This document shows positions 45,318 to 54,466 of a stretch of DNA of 54,615 bases, in pieces. A program made the position numbers and the translations under genes. Position 1 is the stretch's first letter; the number at the start of each line of letters is the position of its first letter. The stretch is from NCBI GenBank assembly GCA_018896595.1, contig JAHIME010000003.1, positions 1 to 54,615 of the forward strand. The letters run 5' to 3'. The DNA is from Patescibacteria group bacterium. GTDB lineage: Bacteria; Patescibacteriota; Patescibacteriia; Patescibacteriales; VMTK01. A model generated the notes under the pieces. The model did no database searches and had not been told where the DNA came from. It was given only the letters and a program-made list of their open reading frames with translations.

Positions 45318-46579
45318 TTTAAATTTTCTTCTATTTCCATTAAACGATTGTACTTAGCTAAACGCTCTCCCCTTGACAACGATCCCGCCTTGATATAATC
45401 CGCGCCGACGGCAACGGCCAAATCGGCGATAAAATCATCGCAGGTTTCGCCGCTCCTGTGCGATACCATTATTTTATAATTATGTTTTTGCGCCAGTTTT
45501 ACGCATTCCACAGTTTCGGTTAAGGTGCCGACCTGGTTGGGCTTGATTAAAATCGCGTTAGCCGCGCGCTCTTTTAATCCTTGGCGCAGACGGGCGATAT
45601 TGGTAGCGAACAAATCGTCGCCGATAAGCATAATTTCACCGCCCAATCGACCGGTCAATTCGCGCCAGCCCTGCCAATCATCCTCGGCCAGGCCGTCTTC
45701 AATGGAAATAATCGGATATTTTCTAAACCACTCGTAATACAGATTAGCTAAATTGGTATTGGTAAAATTCGCCTGATCCAGCTTAAAAATATATTTTTTG
45801 GTTGCCGGATTATACAATTCCGATGAGCCGACATCAACGCCTAAGCCGACATCCTCGCCGGGATTATAACCGGCATTGATTATTGCCGCCATAATCAATT
45901 CAATCGCTTGTATGCTTGAAGCAATATCAGGGGCATAACCGCCTTCATTGCCGACATCGGTGTCAAAACCCGCCTTTTTCAGCACATATCCAAGCTCGTG
46001 GAATATTTCCGCCCCCATCCTGACCTTTTCAACAAAACTGATTTTTTTAAGCGGCAAAACCATAAATTCCTGAAAATCCAAGTTGGTGTCAGCGTGCTTG
46101 CCGCCGTTGAAAATATTAAAAGACGGAGTTGGAAATTGCGATTGGGAATTGGAAATCGGGAATTGGCAGGTTTTCGCGATATACTCATATAATTCTTTTT
46201 TTTCAGCTATTGCGGCGGCTCGAGCGCAGGCGAGAGACACCGACAAAATCGCGTTAGCGCCCAGTTTCTTTTTATTTTTTGTGCCGTCCAGTTTTATCAT
46301 TATTTCATCAATTTTTTCCTGCTTGGCAACGTCAACGCCTATCAATTTCGGCGCGATTTTCGCTTCAACATTTTTGCAAGCTTTAAGCACGCCCAACCCG
46401 CCGTATCTTTTTTGGTCGCCGTCGCGCAATTCACAGGCTTCATGCGCGCCGGTGGAAGCTCCTGACGGCACGCTGTCCTTGGCCATTATTCCGTTATCCA
46501 AAATTATTTTGGTTTCAATTGTCGGATTGCCGCGAGAATCCAAAATTTCGCGAGCCGTGATTTGTTTTATTTTTGGCAT
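45314..46579 (-). CDS. eno: enolase
   Basis: ITAREILDSRGNPTIE N-terminus and SHRSGET motif. Confidence 0.97.
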   Translation of the reverse strand: MPKIKQITAREILDSRGNPTIETKIILDNGIMAKDSVPSGASTGAHEACELRDGDQKRYGGLGVLKACKNVEAKIAPKLIGVDVAKQEKIDEIMIKLDGTKNKKKLGANAILSVSLACARAAAIAEKKELYEYIAKTCQFPISNSQSQFPTPSFNIFNGGKHADTNLDFQEFMVLPLKKISFVEKVRMGAEIFHELGYVLKKAGFDTDVGNEGGYAPDIASSIQAIELIMAAIINAGYNPGEDVGLGVDVGSSELYNPATKKYIFKLDQANFTNTNLANLYYEWFRKYPIISIEDGLAEDDWQGWRELTGRLGGEIMLIGDDLFATNIARLRQGLKERAANAILIKPNQVGTLTETVECVKLAQKHNYKIMVSHRSGETCDDFIADLAVAVGADYIKAGSLSRGERLAKYNRLMEIEENLK

Positions 46580-46587
46580 AAATTATT

Positions 46588-47868
46588 TTAAAAATTTAAA
46601 ATTTCAAAAGGATAAACAAAATAAACGGTCGTTTTTTTGAATTTTATTTTGTCTTCTATCAATAAATTTACCACAAACGCTTTTTCCGGCGAATACTTTT
46701 CAATAAAACTTCTTAGGCCGGATGGAATAACCGTTTTCTTCGCGTTCAATTTTACTTCAATGGGTATTATTTTTTCTTTTTCCAAAATCAAAAAATCAAC
46801 CTCGGTTTTTTGTTTCGTTCTCCAAAAACGAACTTTTTGAAAAAGAGTTAAAGAAAGTAAAATTTCCTTGAAAATAATATTTTCCATTACCAAGCCGTTA
46901 TCTAATCTTTTTGAAAGAGGAGAAAAATTTTCCAAAGCGTAATTTCTAATTCCCGCGTCGTTAAAATAAATCTTATTCTGCCTGATTACTTCTTGCCGGG
47001 AATTTTTAAAATAAGGCGGCAGAAAACTTGTGATAAAAGTTTCTTCCAACGTTTTTAGATATCTTTCTATTGTTTCTCTGTCTAAATTTAATGAATTGGA
47101 AAGTTCGCTGATATTGACTAATTGCCCTGTCTGTCCGGCCAGAAGTTTAACTAACTTTGAAAATCCGAGACGATTTTTTATTTCCAATAAGCCAACGACA
47201 TCCTTTTCAATATAACTGGAATAAATATCGGTTAAAACATCTATTTTTTCCTGGGCAGTTTTAGAAAAAACCACTCGCGGATATCCGCCCCAAACGGCAT
47301 ATTCTTTAAAGAGACTTAGAATTTTCTTTTTAGATATTTCTGAAACTATGGAATTTTCTCTTATTTTTTCCGCCAGCATTTTATTTTTTGCTTGCAAAAA
47401 TTCGTTAAAAGAAAATGAAAAAAGCTGAAATGTTTTCTTCCTCCCGGCCAATGATTCTTTAAATCCGGTTTTTAATTCCAAAGAACTTGAGCCGGTCAAA
47501 ATTAATTTTATGTTTAAATCAGAATCATAAACCCCTTTAAAAAAACGGGAGCACCCGGGCGCTCTTTGCGCTTCGTCCACGAATACATATATTTTTTTCT
47601 TTTGAGACTGCTCTTTTAAGAATTCTATAAATTCCGTTTGATCTTGGAAAAATTCCCAATCTTTGGCAATATCCAAATTGAAATACAAAATATTTTCAGA
47701 AGCAATCTTCTTTTTGTTGATCAGCCATTCCTTAAGCGTTCCCAAAAGCACGGTTTTGCCGACTTGCCTTGCCCCCACAATCAAAGTAATCTCCCGCTTT
47801 GGCAAATGAGCGGCGATTTTTGGGAAGAGGCCTCTTTTAATAATTTTTGATTTTTCTATTTTCTGCAT
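46588..47868 (-). CDS. AAA+ ATPase with a DUF4143 / PD-(D/E)xK-like C-terminus (COG1373-type)
   Basis: Walker A GARQVGKT, Walker B YVFVDEAQ, and C-terminal EVDFLI...IPIEVK. Confidence 0.8.
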   Translation of the reverse strand: MQKIEKSKIIKRGLFPKIAAHLPKREITLIVGARQVGKTVLLGTLKEWLINKKKIASENILYFNLDIAKDWEFFQDQTEFIEFLKEQSQKKKIYVFVDEAQRAPGCSRFFKGVYDSDLNIKLILTGSSSLELKTGFKESLAGRKKTFQLFSFSFNEFLQAKNKMLAEKIRENSIVSEISKKKILSLFKEYAVWGGYPRVVFSKTAQEKIDVLTDIYSSYIEKDVVGLLEIKNRLGFSKLVKLLAGQTGQLVNISELSNSLNLDRETIERYLKTLEETFITSFLPPYFKNSRQEVIRQNKIYFNDAGIRNYALENFSPLSKRLDNGLVMENIIFKEILLSLTLFQKVRFWRTKQKTEVDFLILEKEKIIPIEVKLNAKKTVIPSGLRSFIEKYSPEKAFVVNLLIEDKIKFKKTTVYFVYPFEILNF

Positions 47869-47936
47869 ATACCCCTATTTTAGCATAACTATTTTTGGTG
47901 TCAAGCCAAAATTTAGCATTATCATTTATTTTAATC

Positions 47937-48016
47937 ATTTTGGTTTCAATTGCCGGATTGCCGCGAGAATCCAAAATTTCGCGGGCGGTGATTTGTTTTA
48001 TTCTTATAAATTATAT
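47937..48016 (-). pseudogene. relic copy of the eno 5' end (no start codon)
   Basis: 47937-48002 matches 46506-46571 at 63 of 66 nt. The minus strand reads ..IKQITAREILDSRGNPAIETK.., but the ATG region is replaced (CTTATAA versus TTTGGCAT). Confidence 0.85.
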
Positions 48017-48032
48017 TGTTAAATTGTTTTAA

Positions 48033-49079
48033 TTATAAGCCAGTAATTTTCCAAGAATCACCTTCAAGAATCATTTCAAATGTTACCTGTTGTTTAATGC
48101 CGCCTGGCAAATCCATCGCAGTTTCCAACTCAACATTCTTTTCAGTTTGATTAATTATAATAGCGTTTCTAAGCGTATTGGCTAACCCATAAAGAGCTGT
48201 TTGGCTAAATTCCTTAAATTGATATCGCATAAAATCTTTTTCATACGCAGGAACATATAATACAAAACTATCAATATCTTCTTTTTCTAAAGCAGCAGCC
48301 GCGCTTTGAATAACTGATTTTTGAGCAGACAATAAATTTAAAGTATTTGCATTTAACTCTAATTTTCCTTCTCCAATTGGATTATAGCCATTTTTCACCT
48401 CATCGCCGTCCAAATACCCATCGCCGTCGCTGTCATGATTTTGCGGGTCCGTGCCGTATTTTGTTTCATCAGCATCCGTCAACCCGTCATCATCAGAATC
48501 CAAATTCATATCTTCTTCTGTTGAACTTGCCGCAATATTTTCGTTAGCTTCTTTATCAACAGGTTCGCACCAAGCATAAGCCCCCATGCACCATAATGAA
48601 TTTACTTGAGATCCTTCCGGACACCCATTTTGCGGTTCTAACTTATAATTATTCTTTTGCATCATTTCAACGGTTTGTATGCAACAATCATAGTCAGTAG
48701 TCATAACACTTCCCTTAAATTTTTCACATCCTTTAATTAATTCTTGATAATAATCATCTTGATTTCCCGCCGCCTCATTTTCCGAATTATTGTCCACGCC
48801 CGTATCATCCGCCAATTCGGATTTTCCGATCAAATCATTAAAGCCGGCGGTGATATCCGGCCAAAAATAATAGCCGGCGGTTATTATTCCTCCCGCGAAC
48901 AACAAAATAACAGCAATTCCGATAGCCGAATAAATTGTTTTTTTCTTGCCTTGTTTTCCGCCCTGCTCTGTTAATCTTTTTATTCTTTGGCTGATGTCTT
49001 CTTTGGGCGCTGTTGGAGCCTGCGGTTCTAATGGCGGCTTGTTTTTTTGATCTGATTGATTTTGCAAATCGTTAAACAT
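48033..49079 (-). CDS. membrane-anchored surface protein with thrombospondin type-3-like Ca-binding repeats
   Basis: A single TM (IYSAIGIAVILLFAGGIITAGYYF), a Cys-rich module, and DSDDDGLTDADE...DSDGDGYLDGDE repeats. Confidence 0.65.
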   Translation of the reverse strand: MFNDLQNQSDQKNKPPLEPQAPTAPKEDISQRIKRLTEQGGKQGKKKTIYSAIGIAVILLFAGGIITAGYYFWPDITAGFNDLIGKSELADDTGVDNNSENEAAGNQDDYYQELIKGCEKFKGSVMTTDYDCCIQTVEMMQKNNYKLEPQNGCPEGSQVNSLWCMGAYAWCEPVDKEANENIAASSTEEDMNLDSDDDGLTDADETKYGTDPQNHDSDGDGYLDGDEVKNGYNPIGEGKLELNANTLNLLSAQKSVIQSAAAALEKEDIDSFVLYVPAYEKDFMRYQFKEFSQTALYGLANTLRNAIIINQTEKNVELETAMDLPGGIKQQVTFEMILEGDSWKITGL

Positions 49080-49119
49080 ATTTTTAAATTAGGAGTTAAA
49101 ATATTTTATAACCAATAAT

Positions 49120-50307
49120 CTATTTCACAATTCCCTTTAGTCCCGGCATTTTCTCTCCGCTTAGATAAGCGAGCATGGCGCCGCCGCCGGTTGAGACCCA
49201 ATCAACATAATTCAGCATCTTAGTCATTTTTAAAGCTTCAATTGTTTCTCCGCCGCCCACTACTCCGAAAGCGGCCCCGCTTGAACGGCTCGCCACGGCG
49301 CGGGCGATTGACAAAGTGCCGTATTTGAAATGCTCGCTTTCATACATTCCCATAGGCCCGTTCCAAATTATTGTCTTGGCCTTCTTTATAAAACGGGAAT
49401 ACAGTTTTATTGTTTTCGGCCCTATGTCCAAAATAGTTTCATTCTTCTTTACTTGATAAACGCCCTTGGATCTGCCTTCGCATTGCCCGTCTTTCCTTGT
49501 CCCCGTTATCACATCTACGGGCAAAATTATTTTTTTATTTAAAAATCGCTTGGCAAGCGCTATGCTTTTTTTATCGCACAATGATTTGCCGACTTCTATT
49601 TTATGGGTCGCTAAAAAATTATTAGCCAAGGCCCCGCCGATTAAAATACGGGAAGATTTTTTGAGCAATTTTTTAATCAAAGGGGTCTTGGTTTCCATTT
49701 TAGCTCCGCCGATAATAGCGATTAACGGGCTTTGGGGACGCAAAATTTTATTCAAATTAACAATTTCATTTTCCAACAAAAGACCGGCATACGAAGGCAG
49801 ATAATTTTTAATCGCGCTTACCGAAGCATGCGCTCTGTGGCTTGCGGCGAACGCGTCATTGACATATATATCAGCCAGCTTGGCCAATTTTTTGGCAAAT
49901 CCCAAATCATTGTTTTCTTCATCATAGCTAAAGCGCAGATTCTCCAACATCAAAATCTCGCCCCGGCGCATTTTACTTACTTCCGTGCCCGCTTTCAGCC
50001 CGGCGCAATCATCAACAAATTTCACTTTTTTGCCCAATAACTCGCTTAATCTGTCCGCGATCGGTTTAACGGAAAAATATTTTTGATTTTTTATCGGTCT
50101 TCCCAAATGCGTGATTATAATAACTTTGCATTTATGCCGCAATAAAAAACGAATGGTCGGCAAACCTGCGACTACTTTATAATCGTCTTTAATTCTTGCC
50201 GTTCCGGCCGCACCTGAATCCTTTTCTATCGGCACATTATAATCTACCCGCAAAAGCGCTCTTTTGCCGGTTAAATTTTTAACTTGCCTTAACGATTTTA
50301 TTTTCAT
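49120..50307 (-). CDS. pgk: phosphoglycerate kinase
   Basis: GKRALLRVDYNVP and GGGA...motifs. ATG at 50305-50307; the track ORF starts at GTG 50325. Confidence 0.94.
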   Translation of the reverse strand: MKIKSLRQVKNLTGKRALLRVDYNVPIEKDSGAAGTARIKDDYKVVAGLPTIRFLLRHKCKVIIITHLGRPIKNQKYFSVKPIADRLSELLGKKVKFVDDCAGLKAGTEVSKMRRGEILMLENLRFSYDEENNDLGFAKKLAKLADIYVNDAFAASHRAHASVSAIKNYLPSYAGLLLENEIVNLNKILRPQSPLIAIIGGAKMETKTPLIKKLLKKSSRILIGGALANNFLATHKIEVGKSLCDKKSIALAKRFLNKKIILPVDVITGTRKDGQCEGRSKGVYQVKKNETILDIGPKTIKLYSRFIKKAKTIIWNGPMGMYESEHFKYGTLSIARAVASRSSGAAFGVVGGGETIEALKMTKMLNYVDWVSTGGGAMLAYLSGEKMPGLKGIVK

Positions 50308-50343
50308 GCAAAAATTAAATTTCACGCGTTATTAACTATGGTT

Positions 50344-50358
50344 TATTATACCACAAAT
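50344..50358 (-). promoter_or_regulatory. extended -10 promoter motif ATTTGTGGTATAATA upstream of pgk
   Basis: TGGTATAAT on the minus strand (50345-50353). The 15-mer is identical to 10052-10066. Confidence 0.45.
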
Positions 50359-50362
50359 TAAC

Positions 50363-50407
50363 AAAAAATAAAAAAGCCCCTCCTCTCGCGAGAGGAGGGG
50401 CTTTTTT
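50363..50407. terminator. strong intrinsic terminator (bidirectional)
   Basis: GCCCCTCCTCTCGCGAGAGGAGGGGC (50376-50401) flanked by an A-run and a T-run, immediately after the HtrA-like gene. Confidence 0.85.
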
Positions 50408-50427
50408 ATTTTTTAATTTAATATTTT

Positions 50428-51654
50428 TTACTTTAATTCCCCTAACACAACCTCAACCTCTTTTTTATCGCCATCGCGCGAATACGCAATCATTACTTTA
50501 TCGCCGGCAATATACTGCCCTATCACGTCGTTTAGCTTATTGTCCTTGTTAATTTCAATATTATCAATCGCGATTATAATATCGCCCTCTTTTAAGCCGG
50601 CTTTGTCGGCCGCGCCGCCCTTAACTATCGCCGCGCCCTGCTTATTTTTGTATATAACCGCGCCCTTGTTAGATTCGCTTTCCTGGACTGAATTTAAAAC
50701 AGGCGCCTTGACCAAGCCGGACAAATCAACATAGTTAACTCCCAAACTTGCCCGTTTGATTTCTTTATTTTTTAACAAGCTCTTAATCGGCGCCGCGAAT
50801 TGGCTTGCCGGCATGATTTTCCCTTGATTATCAATCAATCCGGCGACTTCGCCCGCCAAATTAAGCAAAAACGAACCATTGAATTTTTCGCTCGGCTCAT
50901 CAACTAAAAATATTTCGCCCGAAATTCCGTCGCTGGAATTGACTATGGCTTGATCCTTGTCGCTTTCCATCGCGGAAACTACGCTCAGCCAGCTTGCTCC
51001 GTCCCAATTAACCGCCACGACCGATTGTCCTCTCGCGATCCCGCCTCGGCCGATAAAACTTCTAACGGAAAAATCCTTCGTCTCTACATGCAAAAAATTA
51101 AATTTAGCCAACTTATCCCGGATAATTTTATCCACCGCGTAAACCTTGCCGTCTTTGGTTATTACCGCGTAATTCTCTAAAAAATTCTCTTCGCCAACGG
51201 CTCCGGCCCGTCCCGCTTCTTGCGGGGCCTGCTCCATTTCAGCCGGCAAGAAATTAGTCGCGATCCAGCCGTCGCTGGTGATAATAATGCCCTGCCCAAC
51301 CTCCTGATTGACTTGGTAATAATCGCTTAAATTAAAATTATCGGCCTTCTCGCTTTTCGGCAATGATTTTTTAAATATCCCGACCAAACTCATACTGGCG
51401 GAATTTATGGTTTCTTGCGCTTTCGTGTCCTGTTCAACAATGACTTTTTTCGCGTCTCTTATGATTAAATTTGAACCATTATAATTCCCGTTGGAAAAAT
51501 TGATTTCGCCGAAAAAAGGAATGTCGTAAAAACTGTCAATCAAATAAGTTCTCGCGGCTAATCCACCCGCTATTCCGCTAGCCATGCCGAAGACGGTGGC
51601 AATAATTACTATTAACAATATACCGTTTTTTTTATTTTTTTTATTCTCTTCCAT
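50428..51654 (-). CDS. HtrA/DegP-like PDZ protein, apparently lacking the catalytic His and Ser
   Basis: N-terminal TM, a trypsin-like fold segment (GQGIIITSDGWIATN..., ...FLLNLAGEVAGLI...) and a C-terminal PDZ domain (GGAADKAGLKEGDIIIAIDN). Confidence 0.7.
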   Translation of the reverse strand: MEENKKNKKNGILLIVIIATVFGMASGIAGGLAARTYLIDSFYDIPFFGEINFSNGNYNGSNLIIRDAKKVIVEQDTKAQETINSASMSLVGIFKKSLPKSEKADNFNLSDYYQVNQEVGQGIIITSDGWIATNFLPAEMEQAPQEAGRAGAVGEENFLENYAVITKDGKVYAVDKIIRDKLAKFNFLHVETKDFSVRSFIGRGGIARGQSVVAVNWDGASWLSVVSAMESDKDQAIVNSSDGISGEIFLVDEPSEKFNGSFLLNLAGEVAGLIDNQGKIMPASQFAAPIKSLLKNKEIKRASLGVNYVDLSGLVKAPVLNSVQESESNKGAVIYKNKQGAAIVKGGAADKAGLKEGDIIIAIDNIEINKDNKLNDVIGQYIAGDKVMIAYSRDGDKKEVEVVLGELK

Positions 51655-51673
51655 AATTAATACTAAAAATTTA

Positions 51674-52435
51674 TCATAACCATCGCGCCGTAAGCAAAAT
51701 AATCAAAATGCTGATAAGGCCGAAACTTAAATATAATTTAATCTTGCTCTTGTCCAGCCCGCCGAGCAGATGATGCCTTGACAGCCCCATAAGCATATAA
51801 TAACAAATGGCCAAAGTCAAACCTGATACATTATGGTTGAGCGGCAAAAAGGAAAGCGACCATGATAACTCGGCTAAAATCAGGCAATTTATCAAAATAT
51901 AAGGCAAGCTCTTTTTAAAATCTATTTTATTGGCCCAAATTATCTGATAAATTATCAAGGCGGCGGCAAGTAAAACCACCGCCATTAACAGCCATACTCG
52001 CAAATTTAAAAAAGACTGCAAGCCGTAGCAAGCGGCGGAAATCAAAAAAAAGGTTAAAAAATTTCCATACGATGAGATGTTTTCAATACTAAACGGTTTA
52101 TAAGCGGCCGGGCGGAGCAAATAATAATAAACATAGCGCAAATAAAAATAAAGCAGAATAACATTTAAAATAAAAAGCGATTGGATGATTGTTTTATTGG
52201 CCAGCAAAACGGTATAAGCGATGATTGACGCGGACATCAAGCATGGTAAAATAAAAAAATTCCACCAGCTTTTATCAACATCGCTTGCCCGGCTGAACCG
52301 CCAAACTGTAAAAAAAATAAACAAATTCACCAAAATCAAAACCGCGTAAATCATTTTCGGGTAAAAGAAAAAAACCTCAAAAAACATCAAGACAATCAGC
52401 GGTATTAACAATGGCAGCAAACGGTTATACTTCAT
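51674..52435 (-). CDS. hypothetical polytopic membrane protein
   Basis: 253 aa with about 8 hydrophobic helices. Confidence 0.6.
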   Translation of the reverse strand: MKYNRLLPLLIPLIVLMFFEVFFFYPKMIYAVLILVNLFIFFTVWRFSRASDVDKSWWNFFILPCLMSASIIAYTVLLANKTIIQSLFILNVILLYFYLRYVYYYLLRPAAYKPFSIENISSYGNFLTFFLISAACYGLQSFLNLRVWLLMAVVLLAAALIIYQIIWANKIDFKKSLPYILINCLILAELSWSLSFLPLNHNVSGLTLAICYYMLMGLSRHHLLGGLDKSKIKLYLSFGLISILIILLTARWL

Positions 52436-52439
52436 AAAT

Positions 52440-52874
52440 TTAATTTAACCATTCATGTTTTGTCTTTTCCTGCTCAATCATCTCTTGGCTTTTTCGCTTG
52501 TCCGCTTCATCGCCGTTCTCTAAATAATCTTCCATCTCATCCAGGGCTAAAACTAAATTCAGGTGCAACTCTTTAAACTCAATCGGAACTTTTAAAGACA
52601 GCAGCTGCTCTTTGGTCTGCTTTACTGATTCAATATTGATAGTCTCGTCTTGGGCAATCCTTAAATAATTGGCTAAAATAACCTTGGTTTTCGCCTTATA
52701 GCTTTTTTTCAGCAAATCTAAATTTAACATCGCGTCCACGACATTGTTTGTTTTGGCGTCATTTTGCTTTTCGGCCTGATCTTGCTTGGCAGGTTTGGAA
52801 ATTACAGCAAGATACACGGCGATTATCAGCAAAATAATAATGAAAAAAATAAAAATTTTTGATTTGTTTGCCAT
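52440..52874 (-). CDS. hypothetical membrane-anchored protein
   Basis: 144 aa with a single N-terminal TM. Confidence 0.55.
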   Translation of the reverse strand: MANKSKIFIFFIIILLIIAVYLAVISKPAKQDQAEKQNDAKTNNVVDAMLNLDLLKKSYKAKTKVILANYLRIAQDETINIESVKQTKEQLLSLKVPIEFKELHLNLVLALDEMEDYLENGDEADKRKSQEMIEQEKTKHEWLN

Positions 52875-52886
52875 AAAATTAATAAA

Positions 52887-53216
52887 TTACTTATCAAACA
52901 TCCTCGCTTCCATTTCCGCCCAATCTTCCCGCGCTTCGTCCCATTTATAAGCTCTCAGCTTATAGCTTCTTTCATCTTTGCTGTAAATATAATCAACCTG
53001 GGTTCCGGCGCCGATGCGCCGCGAATAAGTTGTTTTCTTGTCCAGCACCACGGGCTTTGAAACAAACTCAAGCTTCATCCTTCCGAGCGGACCTTCAAAT
53101 ATTATAAATTCAATATCCGTCCCGCCCATTTCCTCTTCATGTTTTTTGCCATGTTCTTCCACCTCAAAATTATCCTTAATATCTCCTATTATATTTTCCC
53201 ATCTTTCCGGTTGCAT
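52887..53216 (-). CDS. hypothetical protein
   Basis: 109-aa charged soluble ORF. Confidence 0.5.
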   Translation of the reverse strand: MQPERWENIIGDIKDNFEVEEHGKKHEEEMGGTDIEFIIFEGPLGRMKLEFVSKPVVLDKKTTYSRRIGAGTQVDYIYSKDERSYKLRAYKWDEAREDWAEMEARMFDK

Positions 53217-53361
53217 ATTTATATTTAATTATTTTGTAAAAACATTATTTTCTGCGTAAATCAGCGTTCTAATCCGCGTTAAATCAGCGGGGCTTTGGCT
53301 AAAATAACAAAATTTTTTAATTAAACGAATCGCGACAAAATTATTTTTACACGGTAACTAT

Positions 53362-54405
53362 TTAATAATATGACGCCAGTGTTTCCAAATCCCTCTTGCG
53401 ATGCTTGGCAACCTCTTCGCCGACCAAACCTCGCTTCACTAACATGTCAATTGATTTATTCATGGCAATCATGCCCTCTTTTTGATTAGTTTGGATAACA
53501 GAGTCAATCTGCCCGACTTGATGAGTCCTGATTAAATTGGCGATGGCGCGCGTATTAATCATAATTTCGCGGGCCGCCACCAATCCTCCCTTGGTCGCGG
53601 GCAGCAATTGCTGGCCTATAACCGCGCGCAGAACCAATGCTAATTGATTATAAATCTGATCTTGCTGATGCGACGGAAAAACATCAACAATTCTCGCGAT
53701 AGTGTCGGAAGCCGTAATGGTATGCAGGGTTGATATGACTAAATGCCCTGTTTCAGCCGCGGTCAGGGCCGCGGCGATTGTTTCCTTATCGCGCATTTCG
53801 CCGACCATGATAACATTCGGGTCCTGCCTTAACGCGTATTTTAATCCCGAAGCGAAATCTTTGGTGTCAAGACCCAATTCTCTCTGCTCAATAATGCTTT
53901 GTTTTTCATCAAATAAAAATTCAATCGGATCTTCAATGGTGATGATATGCGCTTTCCTTTCTTTATTGATAATATTAATCATCGCGGCCAATGTTGTTGA
54001 TTTGCCGCATCCTGACGGCCCTGTCACAAGAATTAACCCGTCTTGCATGTGAGTAAGCTTGTAAATAATTTCATCAAAGCCAATCTCTTCCGGGGTGGGT
54101 ATAACATTTGGTATTAAACGGGCCGATAAGCCGATTTTGCCTTCCTGATAATGCAAATTAATCCTAAAGCGGGAACCTAAAAATTCCCGCGAAATATCCA
54201 GCTCGCGCTTGCGCTCAAACCTTTCAACGGTTCTTTTATCAATTAAATTAAAAACCGCTTTTTTCAGGTCATCGGCGTCAATCGCGGCATGATTTAATTT
54301 AATCAGCTCGCCAGCGATTCGCAGAGCGGGTATGCTGCCGGCGACTAAATGTAAATCAGACGCTTTTCTCTCAACGGCTTGTTGAAAATAAGAAGAAATA
54401 TCCAT
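53362..54405 (-). CDS. pilT: type IV pilus retraction ATPase PilT
   Basis: GPSGCGKSTT Walker A, VGEMRD and TGHLVISTLHT motifs; 347 aa. Confidence 0.92.
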   Translation of the reverse strand: MDISSYFQQAVERKASDLHLVAGSIPALRIAGELIKLNHAAIDADDLKKAVFNLIDKRTVERFERKRELDISREFLGSRFRINLHYQEGKIGLSARLIPNVIPTPEEIGFDEIIYKLTHMQDGLILVTGPSGCGKSTTLAAMINIINKERKAHIITIEDPIEFLFDEKQSIIEQRELGLDTKDFASGLKYALRQDPNVIMVGEMRDKETIAAALTAAETGHLVISTLHTITASDTIARIVDVFPSHQQDQIYNQLALVLRAVIGQQLLPATKGGLVAAREIMINTRAIANLIRTHQVGQIDSVIQTNQKEGMIAMNKSIDMLVKRGLVGEEVAKHRKRDLETLASYY

Positions 54406-54466
54406 AAACGCTTCGCTAAAATTAAAAATTTTCTTAAATTTATTATAGCATTAAAACCTTAAAAAA

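Noticed and set aside
46130-46180. Imperfect ~19-nt direct repeat (TTGGAAATTGCGATTGGGAA / TTGGAAATCGGGAATTGGCA) in eno, encoding QFPISNSQSQFPTPS.
   Set aside because: It lengthens a naturally variable enolase loop by only a few residues. This is probably local slippage and is not clearly a mobile element.
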